A DNA stretch of 64,000 bases from Pristiophorus japonicus (Eukaryota), in assembly GCF_044704955.1 (NCBI RefSeq), contig NC_091979.1, positions 54,436,001-54,500,000 on the forward strand. The letters are read 5' to 3'. The notes under the pieces were generated by a model. That model had not been told where the DNA came from. It saw only the letters and a list, made by a program, of their open reading frames with translations, and ran no database searches. A program made the translations under genes and the position numbers. Positions 63,411 through 64,000 of the stretch are shown in pieces. Position 1 is the stretch's first letter; every line of letters begins with the position of its first letter.

Positions 63411-63726
63411 AAAAACTTGCATTTATATAGTGCCTTTCACAACCTCAAGATGTCCCAAAGTGCTTTGCAGCCAATGAAATATTTTTGAAGTGTAGTCACT
63501 GTTATAAGGAGGAAATGCAGCAGCCAATCAGGATTCCAGGAGGTAATGACCAGAGTTTTAATAATGTTTGTTGAGAGATAAATATTGGCCAGGACCTCTG
63601 AGAAACTCCTCTGCTTGTCTTTGAAATAGTGCCATGGGATCTTTAGTGTCCACCTGAGAGGGCAGACGAGTTCTCAGCTTAACATCTCACCCGAAAGTTG
63701 ACACCTCTGACAGTGCAGCTCTCCCT
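63411..63726 (-). mobile_element. Deu-domain SINE (SacSINE1/AmnSINE1-like)
   Basis: aacttgcatttatatagtgcctttcac..gccatgggatcttt..tccacctgagagggcagac..cacctctgacagtgcagc matches the DeuSINE core and tail as recalled. Confidence 0.75.
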
Positions 63727-64000
63727 TGTAAGTGGTTTCTCTTAGGTGTTTTCGAAGCACCCCCATTTTACAATAGTTCTAATGCTGGGAATTATTACTG
63801 TACGGAACAGACGAATGAGTCTGGGGTGGGTACCTTGGTCCGAGTATCGGCAATGCTTTTATTAAAGTTAAAACACACACCTGCACCGAGTAAAACCACA
63901 CACACCCTGGTGTGTAAAACAAACAAATGCAGTACAATACACAGTGTGGCCTGTCTAAACAGGCCCCTAACGCGAAGTACCCACGTCTAAAACACCTCCC
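63727..64000 (-). mobile_element. Probable LTR interrupting the DeuSINE (runs off window)
   Basis: Abrupt start with TGT; tttatt (minus-strand AATAAA) ~130 bp in; the other end is not visible. Confidence 0.35.

Overview
Eukaryotic, repeat-dense window, most likely from a shark or other cartilaginous fish. This is inferred from the CR1 LINE subfamilies, a Deu-domain SINE and a shark-type MHC class I fragment; the species cannot be determined. The only host-gene sequence I can support is one 174-bp coding exon of GTDC1/QTMAN (5527-5700, +), so the rest is probably GTDC1 intron. The window is filled with nested mobile elements: many CR1 LINEs (one near full length), a full-length decayed Mag-type Gypsy element, Penelope remnants, a family of PIF/Harbinger MITEs with 3-bp target-site duplications (TSDs), a deleted autonomous Harbinger, Tigger-like MITEs and SINEs. 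Most listed ORFs are transposon fragments or low-complexity artefacts. Two observations stand out. (1) Two copies of a polyadenylated chimeric U2/U1 snRNA-derived SINE sit at the same nucleotide of the Gypsy pol gene (25375-26099), suggesting a target-specific SINEU-like system outside crocodilians. (2) An intron-less MHC class I alpha3-TM-cytoplasmic cDNA fragment is embedded in a Harbinger MITE (12881-13235). All calls were made by eye; boundaries of old repeats are approximate.
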